From: Alphaproteobacteria bacterium
GTDB taxonomy: Bacteria > Pseudomonadota > Alphaproteobacteria > RF32 > CAG-239
Length of the DNA stretch: 64,000 bases
NCBI GenBank assembly: GCA_017460085.1
Contig: JAFUBQ010000009.1
Span: forward strand, 6,237 to 70,236
Direction of reading: 5' to 3'
Shown: positions 19,318 through 29,269 of the stretch, one piece after another
How the letters are laid out: the number at the start of each line of letters is the position of its first letter
Numbering within the stretch: the stretch's first letter is position 1
Position numbers and translations under genes: made by a program
Notes under the pieces: model-generated
What the model was told of the DNA's origin: nothing
Seen by the model: the letters and a program-made list of their open reading frames with translations, nothing else
The model's database searches: none

Positions 19318-20646
19318 TTATTTTCCGGAATTATCTCCGCCGAACCAGCTGAACCACGATTTACTTTCTTCTTTTGATGCTAAAACAACACGGTTTTCAT
19401 CATCGGCGCCGCTGTATGAAAATTCATTTTCCGGCGCTAAATCAGTTGTTTCAATCGGTGTTTCAACAGCAATTTCCGGCTCGTCACTGCCGCCAAACCA
19501 ACCGCTGAACCACGACGATTTTTTCTCAGGTTCTGTTTCTACTGCCGCTGTTTTTGCCTCCGGCTCATCACTGCCGCCAAACCATCCGCTGAACCATGAC
19601 GACTTTTTCTCAGGTTCTGTTTCTACTGCCGCTGTTTGAGCTGAAGTTGCTTCATCTGTTTTTTGTGCTTTCCAGCGGCTATACCACGATTCGCGAGGTT
19701 CATCTGCTGTTTTTTCCTTCTTACCGAACCAGCCGCTGAACCATGATGACTTTTCCTCTGATTCCGTTTCTACTGCCGCTGTTTTTGCCTCCGGTTCATC
19801 ACTGCCGCCAAACCAGCCGCTAAACCATGATGAATCTTTCTCAGATTTTTCATTTGCATCAGAAACCGCTGGTGCGATATTCAAACTTGACGAAGATGTT
19901 TTATTTTCAACTCCGATTCGCTCCATAATTTTTGCAGCTTTTTCCGTCCATTTACCATTCGGATAATTTTGTTGTAAAATTTTATAATATCCGTTGGCAT
20001 ATTGGTTCATACCAAAAATTGCATATATTTCAACTTCACGATATAATGCTTCTTCAATTTGAATGGTTGTCTGATAATTTTCCAAAACCACGTTAAAGCG
20101 ATTTAAGGCAGAAAGGTAGTTACCGTCATTCAAATAAAATCTACCGATAATCATTTCTTGCCCGGCTTTATAATCTTCGGTTAAGTTAATTTTTTTACGG
20201 GCATCTTCAGCATATGGTGTGTTCGGAAACAGCGCAATTAAATATTGAAATGCTTCCTCAGCCTTCTGTGTATCACCTTGGTCTTTTTCAGCAGCCGAAA
20301 TTTGGTCATAATAGCATATACCTTTTAAATATAGCGCATATGCTGCATCTTTATTGCCCGGATGATATTTTAAAAAGCGATCGGTTGCAATAATAGCATC
20401 GTCATATTTTTCATCTTTATAATAAGCAAATGCGCTCATTAGTTTAGACTTAACCGCCCATTTAGAATATGGGTGTTCGGTTTCTACACGCTCAAATTCT
20501 TCCGCCGCTTTTTTGTATTTAGTTGCCTCTAAATCATCAAATGCTTTATTATATATTTGTTCGGCAGACCAATCGTCCATATTCGGCTCAGACGCACAAG
20601 CGGTAAGCGCACACAAAACACTTAATAATCCATATATTTTTTTCAT
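19318..20646 (-). CDS. bamD: Outer membrane assembly lipoprotein BamD with long repetitive C-terminal extension
   Basis: Lipobox LTA-C; TPR motifs HPYSKWA, YALYLKG, IGRFY, EEALYR; lpxC-bamD-recN synteny. Confidence 0.93.
   Translation of the reverse strand: MKKIYGLLSVLCALTACASEPNMDDWSAEQIYNKAFDDLEATKYKKAAEEFERVETEHPYSKWAVKSKLMSAFAYYKDEKYDDAIIATDRFLKYHPGNKDAAYALYLKGICYYDQISAAEKDQGDTQKAEEAFQYLIALFPNTPYAEDARKKINLTEDYKAGQEMIIGRFYLNDGNYLSALNRFNVVLENYQTTIQIEEALYREVEIYAIFGMNQYANGYYKILQQNYPNGKWTEKAAKIMERIGVENKTSSSSLNIAPAVSDANEKSEKDSSWFSGWFGGSDEPEAKTAAVETESEEKSSWFSGWFGKKEKTADEPRESWYSRWKAQKTDEATSAQTAAVETEPEKKSSWFSGWFGGSDEPEAKTAAVETEPEKKSSWFSGWFGGSDEPEIAVETPIETTDLAPENEFSYSGADDENRVVLASKEESKSWFSWFGGDNSGK
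19330..19850 (-). repeat. Imperfect coding repeats (~75 bp unit) encoding SSWFSGWFGGSDEPEAKTAAVETEPEKK
   Basis: Four near-identical SSWFSGWFG motifs plus SWYSRW and SWFSWFG variants. Confidence 0.9.
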
Positions 20647-20649
20647 AAC

Positions 20650-21504
20650 TTATTCCTCTATAATTTCATAATTTTCTTTATTAGCAAATAACTTTTTCAA
20701 CACTTCATTATTATGATAGTGTCCGGTTTTATCTGCCCAAATTTCTGCCAGCAAGCGAAAACCTGCCGTATACATATCGCCGATACAATCTAAAACTTTG
20801 TGTTTAACACATTCGTTTTCCATTCTGAAACCACCTTCGTTTAATATATTTTCGCCATCAAGTACAACAGCATTTTCCAAACTTCCGCCTTTAATTAAGC
20901 CGATAGAACGCAAATAGTCTACTTGATATTTTTCGCAAAATGTACGGGCCGGTGCGATTTCGGTTGCAAATAAATCTTTATCAATCTTTCCGCAAAATTC
21001 TTGGTGTCCCACAATTTTGGAAGGAAAATCAATGCTGAATTTAACCTTAAATTGTTCAGATGGCTGCAAAACAATATTGTTTCCTTTATCATCGGCAAAC
21101 GCCACCTCGCGCTTTACTTTTAAATAGCGTCTTTTTGTGCTTTGTTCAACCAACGGAACATTTTCCAATGTTTCATAAAAAACTTTGGCACTGCCGTCCA
21201 TAATCGGCACTTCAGTCTGATTAACCTCAATGCGCGCATTATCAACCCCTAAGGCATAAAGCGTTGCCATAATATGTTCAATGGTACTGACAATTTGTTT
21301 ATTTTCATTACCTAAACAGGTGCAATTACGCGTATCAACAACTTGTGAATATAAGGCCGGAAATATATTTTTTTCTTCTAAATCGCTGCGCACAAAAACA
21401 ATACCGCTGTTTTCCGGTGCCGGATTAATCACCAATTTGCTCGGCAGGCCGCTATGCAACCCAACCCCTTCTATTTCAACTTTCCGACTTAATGTTTTTT
21501 GCAT
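20650..21504 (-). CDS. lpxC: UDP-3-O-acyl-N-acetylglucosamine deacetylase
   Basis: GVGLHSG, STIEH, EVPIMDGSA, EIAPARTF, HKVLDCIGD. Confidence 0.97.
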   Translation of the reverse strand: MQKTLSRKVEIEGVGLHSGLPSKLVINPAPENSGIVFVRSDLEEKNIFPALYSQVVDTRNCTCLGNENKQIVSTIEHIMATLYALGVDNARIEVNQTEVPIMDGSAKVFYETLENVPLVEQSTKRRYLKVKREVAFADDKGNNIVLQPSEQFKVKFSIDFPSKIVGHQEFCGKIDKDLFATEIAPARTFCEKYQVDYLRSIGLIKGGSLENAVVLDGENILNEGGFRMENECVKHKVLDCIGDMYTAGFRLLAEIWADKTGHYHNNEVLKKLFANKENYEIIEE

Positions 21505-21530
21505 TTATTCCTCTCTAACAAAAAAAACTT

Positions 21531-21923
21531 AGGCAGCCTATAAGCCGAGTTCTGTACACAAATTGCTTTACCGCAAGGGTAAAGATATGTGCGATAGCTA
21601 TTCATCTGCGCCAAACGTTGCCGCTTGGCTGGTGCGACCCACCTCTGGGGCGAGTCGGAAACTACTCTTGCGCTTTTTACAAACGCCCCCTCATTTGGTC
21701 TTACATCAGATAGGGTTTACCTTGCCATAAACATTACTGCCTATGCGGTGAGCTCTTACCTCGCCTTTTCAACCTTACCGCAATTAAATCGCGGCGGTAA
21801 TTTTCTGCGGCACTTTCCCTTGGATTTCTCCAGCCGGACGTTATCCGGTATCTTGTTTCCGTGAAGCCCGGACTTTCCTCATCATTAGCTCTTACCTGCC
21901 ATGACGCAGCTATCCGGCTGCCT
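21531..21923 (-). ncRNA. rnpB: RNase P RNA, class A
   Basis: Minus strand GAGGAAAGTCCGGGCTTC near 5' end and ACAGAACTCGGCTTATAGGCTGCC at 3' end. Confidence 0.95.
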
Positions 21924-22060
21924 TAGCCATAAGCTAACCCTATTTTATTATAAAATCAATGTTTTTTAAGCATTTTCACCACTTTTAATTAAATTTTAAG
22001 CTTTTTAGGCTAAATCGTATGGTATAACAATATAAATACAACTTTTGAAGGAGCATACGT

Positions 22061-22708
22061 ATGAATAAATTGTTATTATCTGCATCTGCTTTAGTTTTAG
22101 GTTTGACAATTGCCAACCAAGCTTCGGCAGACTGCAACGGCTTATACTTAGCTGCCAGAGGCGGCGTGGTTGAGCATGATTTAGAAAAACCGAAATCTGG
22201 CCTTAATGCAAATGACAATAATTTCGATAAAAAGAGATTTATGGGCAGTGTTGCAGTTGGTTATCGCTACAACTATTTCCGTGGTGAATTAGAATATGTT
22301 TGGCGTGATAAAATCAAAAATTCTGACTCTGTAACAGATATTATTGGCAGTACCTCAACTTTAACCCAAAAGTTTAACACATATTCTTATATGTTAAACG
22401 GTTATATTGATTTTGCACCATTTCATTGGATTACACCATATGTTGGTGCCGGTGTCGGTTACACAAAATATAAATTCAAAGACCAAGCTGTTTCCGATGT
22501 TACCGATGGTGCAAGTGAGAAAACCAGTCTTTCTAAAACCAATTTCACATGGTCTGTTGGCGGTGGTTTAAGTGTTAAAGTTACCAACCGCTTCAATGTT
22601 GATGCCGGTTATCGCTACTATGATATGAACAAATTCAAATTCACCAACGGTTACAAACGTGACCTTACGGCACAAGAAGTTTACGGCGGTATTCGCTACG
22701 TATTCTAA
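22061..22708 (+). CDS. Opacity-type 8-stranded outer membrane beta-barrel protein
   Basis: Signal peptide; TPYVGAGVG, VDAGYRY; C-terminal GIRYVF. Confidence 0.85.
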   Translation: MNKLLLSASALVLGLTIANQASADCNGLYLAARGGVVEHDLEKPKSGLNANDNNFDKKRFMGSVAVGYRYNYFRGELEYVWRDKIKNSDSVTDIIGSTSTLTQKFNTYSYMLNGYIDFAPFHWITPYVGAGVGYTKYKFKDQAVSDVTDGASEKTSLSKTNFTWSVGGGLSVKVTNRFNVDAGYRYYDMNKFKFTNGYKRDLTAQEVYGGIRYVF

Positions 22709-22726
22709 GATATTATTAAATCACAT

Positions 22727-22757
22727 AAAAGCCGCTAATTTGCTTAGCGGCTTTTTT
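22727..22757 (+). terminator. Intrinsic terminator
   Basis: AAAAGCCGCTAA-loop-TTAGCGGCTTTTTT. Confidence 0.85.
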
Positions 22758-22789
22758 ATCATCACAACATTTCATCGGGAGAATAAAAT

Positions 22790-24133
22790 ATGGCAAATAA
22801 ACTTTTCGGCACAGACGGTGTTCGTGGCATTGCGGGTGAGTATCCGCTCAATATTGATTTTTGCATTAAACTGGCTACGGTTCTCAGCCAAAAAATTTGC
22901 ACTGTCAAGCATCGTGTTGCCATTGCCCGCGACACACGTATCTCCGGCTCTATGCTTTTCAGCGCTTTAAGTGCCGGTTTCACCGCACAGGGTGTAGAAG
23001 TTTTAGACTTAGGTGTCATTCCGACTCCGCTTTGCACCACACTAACACCTAATCTTGATGTTGATATGAGCATTATGATTACCGCTTCTCACAATCCTTA
23101 TAAAGACAACGGACTTAAATTAATTTCTGCTACTGGTGATAAGTTCTCAGATACCCAAACAAATGAATTGGAAGAAATTCTGCAATCAGAAAATATAGAA
23201 TATAATTTTTCGGCTAATAAAATTGCCAATATTAAAAAAATTTATGCCGGACTTGAAAACTATATGCAAATCATCAAAAAATTAGCGCCTCAAAATGCCT
23301 TAAGCGGCATGCGTATTGTTGTTGACAGCGCTAACGGAGCTTTTGCTCACATTTTGCCGCAAATATTTCATTATCTCGGTGCTGAAATTATAAGTTTAGC
23401 TGATACGCCGAATGGCCTTAACATTAACGAAAACTGTGGTTCACAGCACACTGAAAATTTGGCGCAAACCGTTATCAAAAATCAATATAATTTAGGCATC
23501 GCCGTGGATGGTGACGGCGACCGCATTATTCTCTGCGATGAAAACGGCAAACGCCTTGACGGCGATCAGATTATTGCTTATTTAGCAACCTATATGCAAA
23601 AACACCAGTTGCTGAAAGGCGGTGTTGTGGCTACAATATATTCTAATTTGGGCTTAGGCAAATATATTAATTCACTTGGTCTTGATTTTTATGCTACACC
23701 TGTCGGCGAACGCCATGTTATTGCTAAAATGCAAGAATCAGGCAGCAACTTAGGCGGCGAAGAATCCGGCCACATGGTTTTAAGTGATTATGCATTAACC
23801 GGTGATGCTTTAATTGCCGCCGTTACTGTTTGTTTAGGGCTCAAAGAAGACGGACGAGATGTCAGTCGAATTTTTCCGGTATTTCAGCCGTTTCCGGCCG
23901 TAGCTCATAACCTGCGTTTTGCGGATAAAGCAATCATTGAGAAGATTATGGCTGCCAAAGAAGTGCAAGATTGCATTGAAAATGTACGTTTACAACTCTC
24001 CGGTCATGGCACGGTTTTGGTTCGCAAATCCGGCACAGAACCGGTCATTCGCCTTAAGGTTGAGGACGAAGATGATGAATTGGCACAAAAATGTGCAGAT
24101 GAAATTTTGACCGTTATTAATCGTTACGCTTAA
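22790..24133 (+). CDS. glmM: Phosphoglucosamine mutase
   Basis: [36 protein letters not shown]. Confidence 0.95.
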   Translation: MANKLFGTDGVRGIAGEYPLNIDFCIKLATVLSQKICTVKHRVAIARDTRISGSMLFSALSAGFTAQGVEVLDLGVIPTPLCTTLTPNLDVDMSIMITASHNPYKDNGLKLISATGDKFSDTQTNELEEILQSENIEYNFSANKIANIKKIYAGLENYMQIIKKLAPQNALSGMRIVVDSANGAFAHILPQIFHYLGAEIISLADTPNGLNINENCGSQHTENLAQTVIKNQYNLGIAVDGDGDRIILCDENGKRLDGDQIIAYLATYMQKHQLLKGGVVATIYSNLGLGKYINSLGLDFYATPVGERHVIAKMQESGSNLGGEESGHMVLSDYALTGDALIAAVTVCLGLKEDGRDVSRIFPVFQPFPAVAHNLRFADKAIIEKIMAAKEVQDCIENVRLQLSGHGTVLVRKSGTEPVIRLKVEDEDDELAQKCADEILTVINRYA

Positions 24134-24153
24134 CTTCATTAAAGGAAATAATA

Positions 24154-24987
24154 ATGCTGCACATCGGTTGTCATCTTTCAATTTCTAAGGGATTTTATCA
24201 TATCGGGCAAGAAGCAAAATCAATCAATGCCGATACATTTCAATTTTTCACCCGTAACCCGCAAGGCGGAAAAGCTAAAGATATTGACATAGCCGATGTG
24301 CAAAAATATTCAGATTTTGCGAAAACGCACAATTTTGCAAAAATAGTAGCACATGCACCATATACATTAAATCCGTGCTCAGACAGTCCACAAACCCGAG
24401 AATTTGCGCAAATGGTATTTGCCGATGATTTAAAACGCATGGAACATGTGCCGCATAATTATTATAATTTTCATCCCGGTTCACACGTTGGACAAGGTGT
24501 TGAAATCGGAATAAAAATGATTATTGACCTGCTGAACCAAATTTTAACTAAAGAACAAACCACAACAGTTTTATTGGAAACCATGTCGGGAAAAGGCTCG
24601 GAAATAGGTTCGCGTTTTGAAGAATTGGCGGCTATTATTGCCGGCATAGATTTGCATGAAAAAATGGGAGTTTGCATGGACACATGCCATATTTTTGCTG
24701 CCGGTTACGACATTGTTAACAATCTTGACGGAGTTTTATGTGAATTTGATAAAATTATCGGCTTAGAAAACTTAAAAGCCATTCACTTAAACGACAGTTT
24801 AATGCCGCTTGCTTCGCATAAAGACCGCCACGCCAAAATCGGAGAAGGAGAAATTGGGCAACAGGCCTTAATAAATTTTGTTAAGCATCCGGCAATTAAA
24901 AATCTACCGATTATTCTTGAAACACCAAATGATTTATCAGGTTATGCCGAAGAAATTAAAATGCTACGTCAAAACATTGAAAAATAA
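24154..24987 (+). CDS. nfo: Endonuclease IV
   Basis: [47 protein letters not shown]. Confidence 0.96.
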   Translation: MLHIGCHLSISKGFYHIGQEAKSINADTFQFFTRNPQGGKAKDIDIADVQKYSDFAKTHNFAKIVAHAPYTLNPCSDSPQTREFAQMVFADDLKRMEHVPHNYYNFHPGSHVGQGVEIGIKMIIDLLNQILTKEQTTTVLLETMSGKGSEIGSRFEELAAIIAGIDLHEKMGVCMDTCHIFAAGYDIVNNLDGVLCEFDKIIGLENLKAIHLNDSLMPLASHKDRHAKIGEGEIGQQALINFVKHPAIKNLPIILETPNDLSGYAEEIKMLRQNIEK

Positions 24988-25087
24988 TTGCCGTTTTTAT
25001 AAGTAAACGCTTGTGTATATGTGCATGAGCGCAGTTGCAAAAAAATGTAAATCTTTATACATTCAAAACAAATTCAGGAGAAAAAAT

Positions 25088-26332
25088 TTGTTTACAAAAT
25101 TTGAACGAATGACAGCATGGCGATATATGCGCGCCAAACGCAAAGAGGGTTTTATTTCGGTAATTACGGGGTTTGCTTTTACCGGAATAGCTCTTGGGGT
25201 GGCAACATTGATTATTGTAATGTCTGTGATGAATGGTTTTAAAGCCGAGCTCTTAAACCGCATTTTAGGTATTAACGGCCACATTTCAATTGTGGCAGCA
25301 GCCGGTTTTCCGTTTACAAATTATAAGCAGGCAGTGGCGGAAATTGAAAATATTGAAGGAATAGAACTGGCTTTGCCGATTATTGAAAAACAGTTGTTGG
25401 TTTCTTCGCCGCACGCGGCAGAGGGAGCTATGGTGCGCGGCATTACATCTGCAGATATTTTAAAGCAAAAAGTTTTGCGCCAAGGAGTAAAACAGATTGA
25501 TTTGGCGGAATATGACGGTGATGTGGTTATTGTGGGTGATAAACTGGCTAAAAAGCTTGGTGTGTATGTTGGTGATGAAGTGACGCTGATTTCACCGAAC
25601 GGCAAAATTACCGCCTTTGGTTCGGTGCCGCGTATTAAGGCTTATACGGTTATCGGCACATTTAATTTAGGTATGTTTGAATATGATTCCAACTATATTT
25701 TTATGCCGCTTGAGTCCGCACAAAAATATTTTGGGCTGAAAGAAGCGGCAACGGTTATTGATGTGCGTTTGAAAAACGATACCGACTTACCGCGAATGCG
25801 CGCCGTGTTGGAAAAAAGCGTAGGTATGGACGCATATGTGTACGATTGGAAACAATCAAATGCCGCTTTTTTCAATGCTATTGATGTTGAACGTAATGTG
25901 ATGTTTTTAATTTTAACGCTGATTATTTTAGTGGCAGCGTTTAATATTATTACCGGATTGATTATGCTGGTTAAAGACAAAAGCCGTGATGTTGCGGTTT
26001 TGCGTACCATGGGGGCAACGCGCGGTATGATTATGCGAATTTTCTTTATGGACGGTGCTTTTATCGGTGTTGTCGGAACGTTTATCGGTGTGGTTTTAGG
26101 GTTGCTTTTCTGCGATAATATTGAAAATATACGCCGTCTATTGGAAAAATTATCGGGCCGTGATTTATTTTCGGCAGAAATTTACTTTTTATCGCAATTG
26201 CCGGCAAAAGTTGATATGACCGAAGTGACAATGGTTGTGATATTGACATTGTTGATGGCATTTTTGGCGACCATATATCCGGCATACAGAGCATCTAAAT
26301 TTGATCCGGCGGAGGCTTTGCGCTATGAGTAA
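25088..26332 (+). CDS. lolE: Lipoprotein-releasing ABC transporter permease LolC/E
   Basis: GIALGVATLIIVMSVMNGF, ATIYPAYRAS..DPAEALRYE; TTG start after CAGGAG SD. Confidence 0.93.
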   Translation: MFTKFERMTAWRYMRAKRKEGFISVITGFAFTGIALGVATLIIVMSVMNGFKAELLNRILGINGHISIVAAAGFPFTNYKQAVAEIENIEGIELALPIIEKQLLVSSPHAAEGAMVRGITSADILKQKVLRQGVKQIDLAEYDGDVVIVGDKLAKKLGVYVGDEVTLISPNGKITAFGSVPRIKAYTVIGTFNLGMFEYDSNYIFMPLESAQKYFGLKEAATVIDVRLKNDTDLPRMRAVLEKSVGMDAYVYDWKQSNAAFFNAIDVERNVMFLILTLIILVAAFNIITGLIMLVKDKSRDVAVLRTMGATRGMIMRIFFMDGAFIGVVGTFIGVVLGLLFCDNIENIRRLLEKLSGRDLFSAEIYFLSQLPAKVDMTEVTMVVILTLLMAFLATIYPAYRASKFDPAEALRYE

Positions 26333-27044
26333 TTTGACTTTAGAACTGAAAGGAATTAACAAAACATTTAAGCAAGGCGATAATGTTTTGGAAGTGCTGA
26401 AGAACGTTAATTTAAAAATTAAACCTAAAGAAGTTGTGGCTTTAATCGGTCCGAGCGGCTCCGGAAAATCGACACTTTTGCAAATAGCCGGTTTATTAGA
26501 ACAACCAACTGATGGTGAAATTTATATGAATGGAGAAATATGTTCCGGTAAAAATGACCACATACGTACACTAATGCGCCGCGAATATTTAGGGTTTGTG
26601 TATCAATTTCATAACTTGCTGCCGGATTTTGATGCTTTGGAAAATGTGATTATTCCACAACTTATAGGCGGCATAAAATATAAAGAAGCCGAAAACAAGG
26701 CACGGTGGTTATTAAACCGCTTAGGGCTTGGCGATAGAGAACATCATCGTCCAGCTGAACTTTCCGGCGGCGAGCAGCAGCGCGTGGCTATTGCACGAGC
26801 ATTGGCAAATACACCGCAGTTGCTTTTGGCTGATGAACCAACCGGAAACTTAGACCCCAATACATCAGATAATGTATTTTTTACCTTGTTGGAGGTTGTA
26901 AAAGAAACGGGATTGTCAGCACTGATTGCAACGCATAATATTGAGCTGGCACATAAAATGGATAGAGAAGTGACGCTTAAAGATGGCGTTTTGAAAGATT
27001 TGCGCGGCGGTAAAATAACAACAACCGAAAAAAATTTTTATTAA
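26325..27044 (+). CDS. lolD: Lipoprotein-releasing ABC transporter ATPase
   Basis: GPSGSGKSTLL, GFVYQFHNLL, ELSGGEQQRVAIARAL, DEPTGNLD. Confidence 0.95.
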   Translation: MSNLTLELKGINKTFKQGDNVLEVLKNVNLKIKPKEVVALIGPSGSGKSTLLQIAGLLEQPTDGEIYMNGEICSGKNDHIRTLMRREYLGFVYQFHNLLPDFDALENVIIPQLIGGIKYKEAENKARWLLNRLGLGDREHHRPAELSGGEQQRVAIARALANTPQLLLADEPTGNLDPNTSDNVFFTLLEVVKETGLSALIATHNIELAHKMDREVTLKDGVLKDLRGGKITTTEKNFY

Positions 27045-27118
27045 AATAAAAGTTATAACTATTTTTTAATAAAAATGTGGTCGAATTAGCAACAGCGCAA
27101 AAATATAAATGGTGAAAT

Positions 27119-27430
27119 ATGGATATTTGGGCATACATAGTTGCAAAATGTAAAAGTTCAGGCTTTATTGTTCTGCTGATGGCTTTGTTTTGCTATTTTG
27201 CCTATTTTGGAGTTAAAGGCGACCGCGGATTCTTAAAATATATGTATTTACAGGATAAAGTTGCGGAAGCTGAACAAATTAATGCCAATTATGACCGTCA
27301 ATATCAAGAATGGAATCAACGTGTTAAGTTGCTTTCTGCCAATAGCTTAGATTTAGATATGTTGGATGAACGCGCCCGTACGGTTTTAAATATGATTGGT
27401 GAAGATGAGTTTATCATTCTTGATGACTAA
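27119..27430 (+). CDS. ftsB: Septum formation initiator FtsB/DivIC
   Basis: TM, coiled coil, DLDMLDERARTVLN. Confidence 0.85.
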   Translation: MDIWAYIVAKCKSSGFIVLLMALFCYFAYFGVKGDRGFLKYMYLQDKVAEAEQINANYDRQYQEWNQRVKLLSANSLDLDMLDERARTVLNMIGEDEFIILDD

Positions 27431-27607
27431 AATCTACACTATTTAAGCTCAAATTATTGTTACGCTACTAAGAAATATTTTCCGAATACAATAATAAGTG
27501 ACCGATTTCACATTATACAATCGGTTTTGGAATGTTTTATTAAAACTGAGTGCAATAACATAGTTTAAAAACAAAAAACAGGGCTAAACCATGTCTCTTG
27601 TTTTAAC

Positions 27608-27628
27608 TGGTGGAGCTAAGCGGAATCG
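27608..27628 (-). pseudogene. Isolated 3' fragment of tRNA-Ala (att-like remnant)
   Basis: Minus strand CGATTCCGCTTAGCTCCACCA resembles the tRNA-Ala T-arm/acceptor 3' end; the rest of the tRNA is absent. Confidence 0.7.
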
Positions 27629-27744
27629 TCTTGATAAAATTTATTTCTTTATTTTTTATGCTAAAAATTTTATCTTAAGTCACTAGGTTGTTTATTTTCC
27701 TTCGGCAGCTACTTTTGACGATGAGCCCCAAACCTTGATTTATA

Positions 27745-28105
27745 ACAAAAAAACCTCGAAAGGTGGCTTCATAAATTGGAACTGGCAATGGGATTATTCC
27801 GCTTCGCTCCATTCACTGCGCTCATCGCTTCGCCGACCGGCATACTCTCGTCTTCTTGCTTAAATTTACTTTCTTTATTTTTTCTATGGAAAATTTAAGC
27901 TTCGGACACTCGGTTGCGATTTTTTCGCTGTGCGGCGCTGTTGCTTGCTTGCTCAAAAGCAACCTTCGCCCGTCGTCAACAAAAAACATTTTGAGGTTTT
28001 TTGTTTTTCTCCGGCTTTCGCTTGTGGTCGGACCACTTCTTCGTGGGTCCTCATCCCGCCGTTCCTCATAACACAAAAAAGGCCGCCCTTCGGCGACCTC
28101 TTGTG
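27745..28105 (-). repeat. tRNA-Gly-linked non-coding modular element between an att copy and a degenerate tRNA 3' copy
   Basis: Shares modules with 42040-42280; degenerate tRNA-Gly 3' copy at 27775-27795 (19/21 match); terminators at both ends. Confidence 0.75.
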
Positions 28106-28108
28106 TTA
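28066..28108. terminator. Ancestral tRNA-Gly terminator
   Basis: ATAACACAA...GGCCGCCCTTCGGCGACC...TTGTGTTAT long hairpin next to att copy. Confidence 0.75.
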
Positions 28109-28129
28109 TTGGAGCGGGCAATGGGATTC
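28106..28129 (-). repeat. att site (displaced tRNA-Gly 3' end)
   Basis: Identical to 40128-40151. Confidence 0.92.
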
Positions 28130-28340
28130 CGAGTTTTATACTCTGTAACATACTGTTTTAACTGGAAAATATTGCAAATTTGTCCAAAAATTCCGAACAT
28201 TGATGTCTCATATAAAAAACTCTTATCATAGCCTATTTTGCTTGTCAAGAGCGATATTTGATTTTTTACGGATATTTTAAACAAGCGCATATACAAATAC
28301 TGGGCGTTAAACCCAGTATTTGCCGAAAGGAAAAGCCTTT

Positions 28341-28781
28341 TTAGAACAATTTTCGCAACTCGCTTACACCTTTGTAGTCATCTAAAACATCATTACAGTT
28401 TGTTAGACTTCTCAACATCGCATTCAATGCGCTTGAAAACATAGGACTTTCATCATATTTGAAGTGCTTGGTAAGCAACTGGTTCTGATAGATGTAATGA
28501 ACCTGCTGATTACCATTATGTTTGATATATTCAACTACAGGAAAACCATGATATTTGAACCCCATCTCCCATAACTTTACAAGTCTGCCGATATGAATAC
28601 GCTGAATACTTCTATATCCAGCGCATCCACCGATACTGAAAATGGTAAAGCAATCAATTACAACCGATGCGTTTGGTGTTCCGAGAGCAAACTTATCTCT
28701 ATTACGATATATTTGCTTGAAGTTGCCGATAAACCATTTCCTATCATTTGCTATTCTTTGGTAGATGCTTTCTGCTATCAT
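28341..28781 (-). CDS. Hypothetical protein
   Basis: 146 aa ORF, last of a co-oriented overlapping run; followed by hairpin 28294-28322. Confidence 0.7.
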   Translation of the reverse strand: MIAESIYQRIANDRKWFIGNFKQIYRNRDKFALGTPNASVVIDCFTIFSIGGCAGYRSIQRIHIGRLVKLWEMGFKYHGFPVVEYIKHNGNQQVHYIYQNQLLTKHFKYDESPMFSSALNAMLRSLTNCNDVLDDYKGVSELRKLF

Positions 28782-28956
28782 TTTCCTTCACCATTGCCTG
28801 ATAAAATACTGTGTAGCGAGGTGGATGTGTCATTGTTGCTATTCCACCAACCAACTGCCAGCCTTTTTTAAGTCTCTCATTCACTGCCTTTATTAAGTCA
28901 TCTAAAAACGCATCACATACTACATCATACTTCATCATCTTAATATTCCTCCGCAT
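28744..28956 (-). CDS. DUF1737 domain protein
   Basis: YDVV...LIKAVNERLKKGWQLVGGI...YQAMVK pattern. Confidence 0.7.
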   Translation of the reverse strand: MRRNIKMMKYDVVCDAFLDDLIKAVNERLKKGWQLVGGIATMTHPPRYTVFYQAMVKENDSRKHLPKNSK

Positions 28957-29266
28957 ACATTATTGTTAATACTTTATGAGCCAAGCGCACACCGCTGATA
29001 TATGGCGAAATATACAGAAACCGTGTGTCATACGTATCAATTTTCCAGAAGATTTTATGCCCCTTAAATATAAATGAACCAAAATCATGTTCGCCATAAG
29101 GGTCATTGCCTTTGGTAAATCGCTTAAAATTACGCACCTTTGCAATAATTTTAGCAATGTCTTTGGCTGAATTACATCTGATTCCATCAGTCAGGATAAG
29201 CACACCTTTTGACGGATGCTGCCGAAAATCATCGTTTTCAGCAGCAATCGTAGCAGCATCAGTCAT
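28940..29266 (-). CDS. DUF3768 domain protein
   Basis: NDDFRQ...NDPYGEHDFGSF...IFWKIDTYD...VLTIMYAEEY pattern. Confidence 0.85.
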   Translation of the reverse strand: MTDAATIAAENDDFRQHPSKGVLILTDGIRCNSAKDIAKIIAKVRNFKRFTKGNDPYGEHDFGSFIFKGHKIFWKIDTYDTRFLYISPYISGVRLAHKVLTIMYAEEY

Positions 29267-29269
29267 TTT

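Noticed and set aside
27905-27915. 11-bp match (GACACTCGGTT) between the Gly-linked element and tRNA-Trp 42359-42369
   Set aside because: Single short match that does not extend; chance cannot be excluded
27822-28296. Five overlapping short ORFs across the tRNA-linked element and att
   Set aside because: They overlap terminators and tRNA fragments, lack SD sequences and recognisable motifs; the region is better explained as structured non-coding DNA
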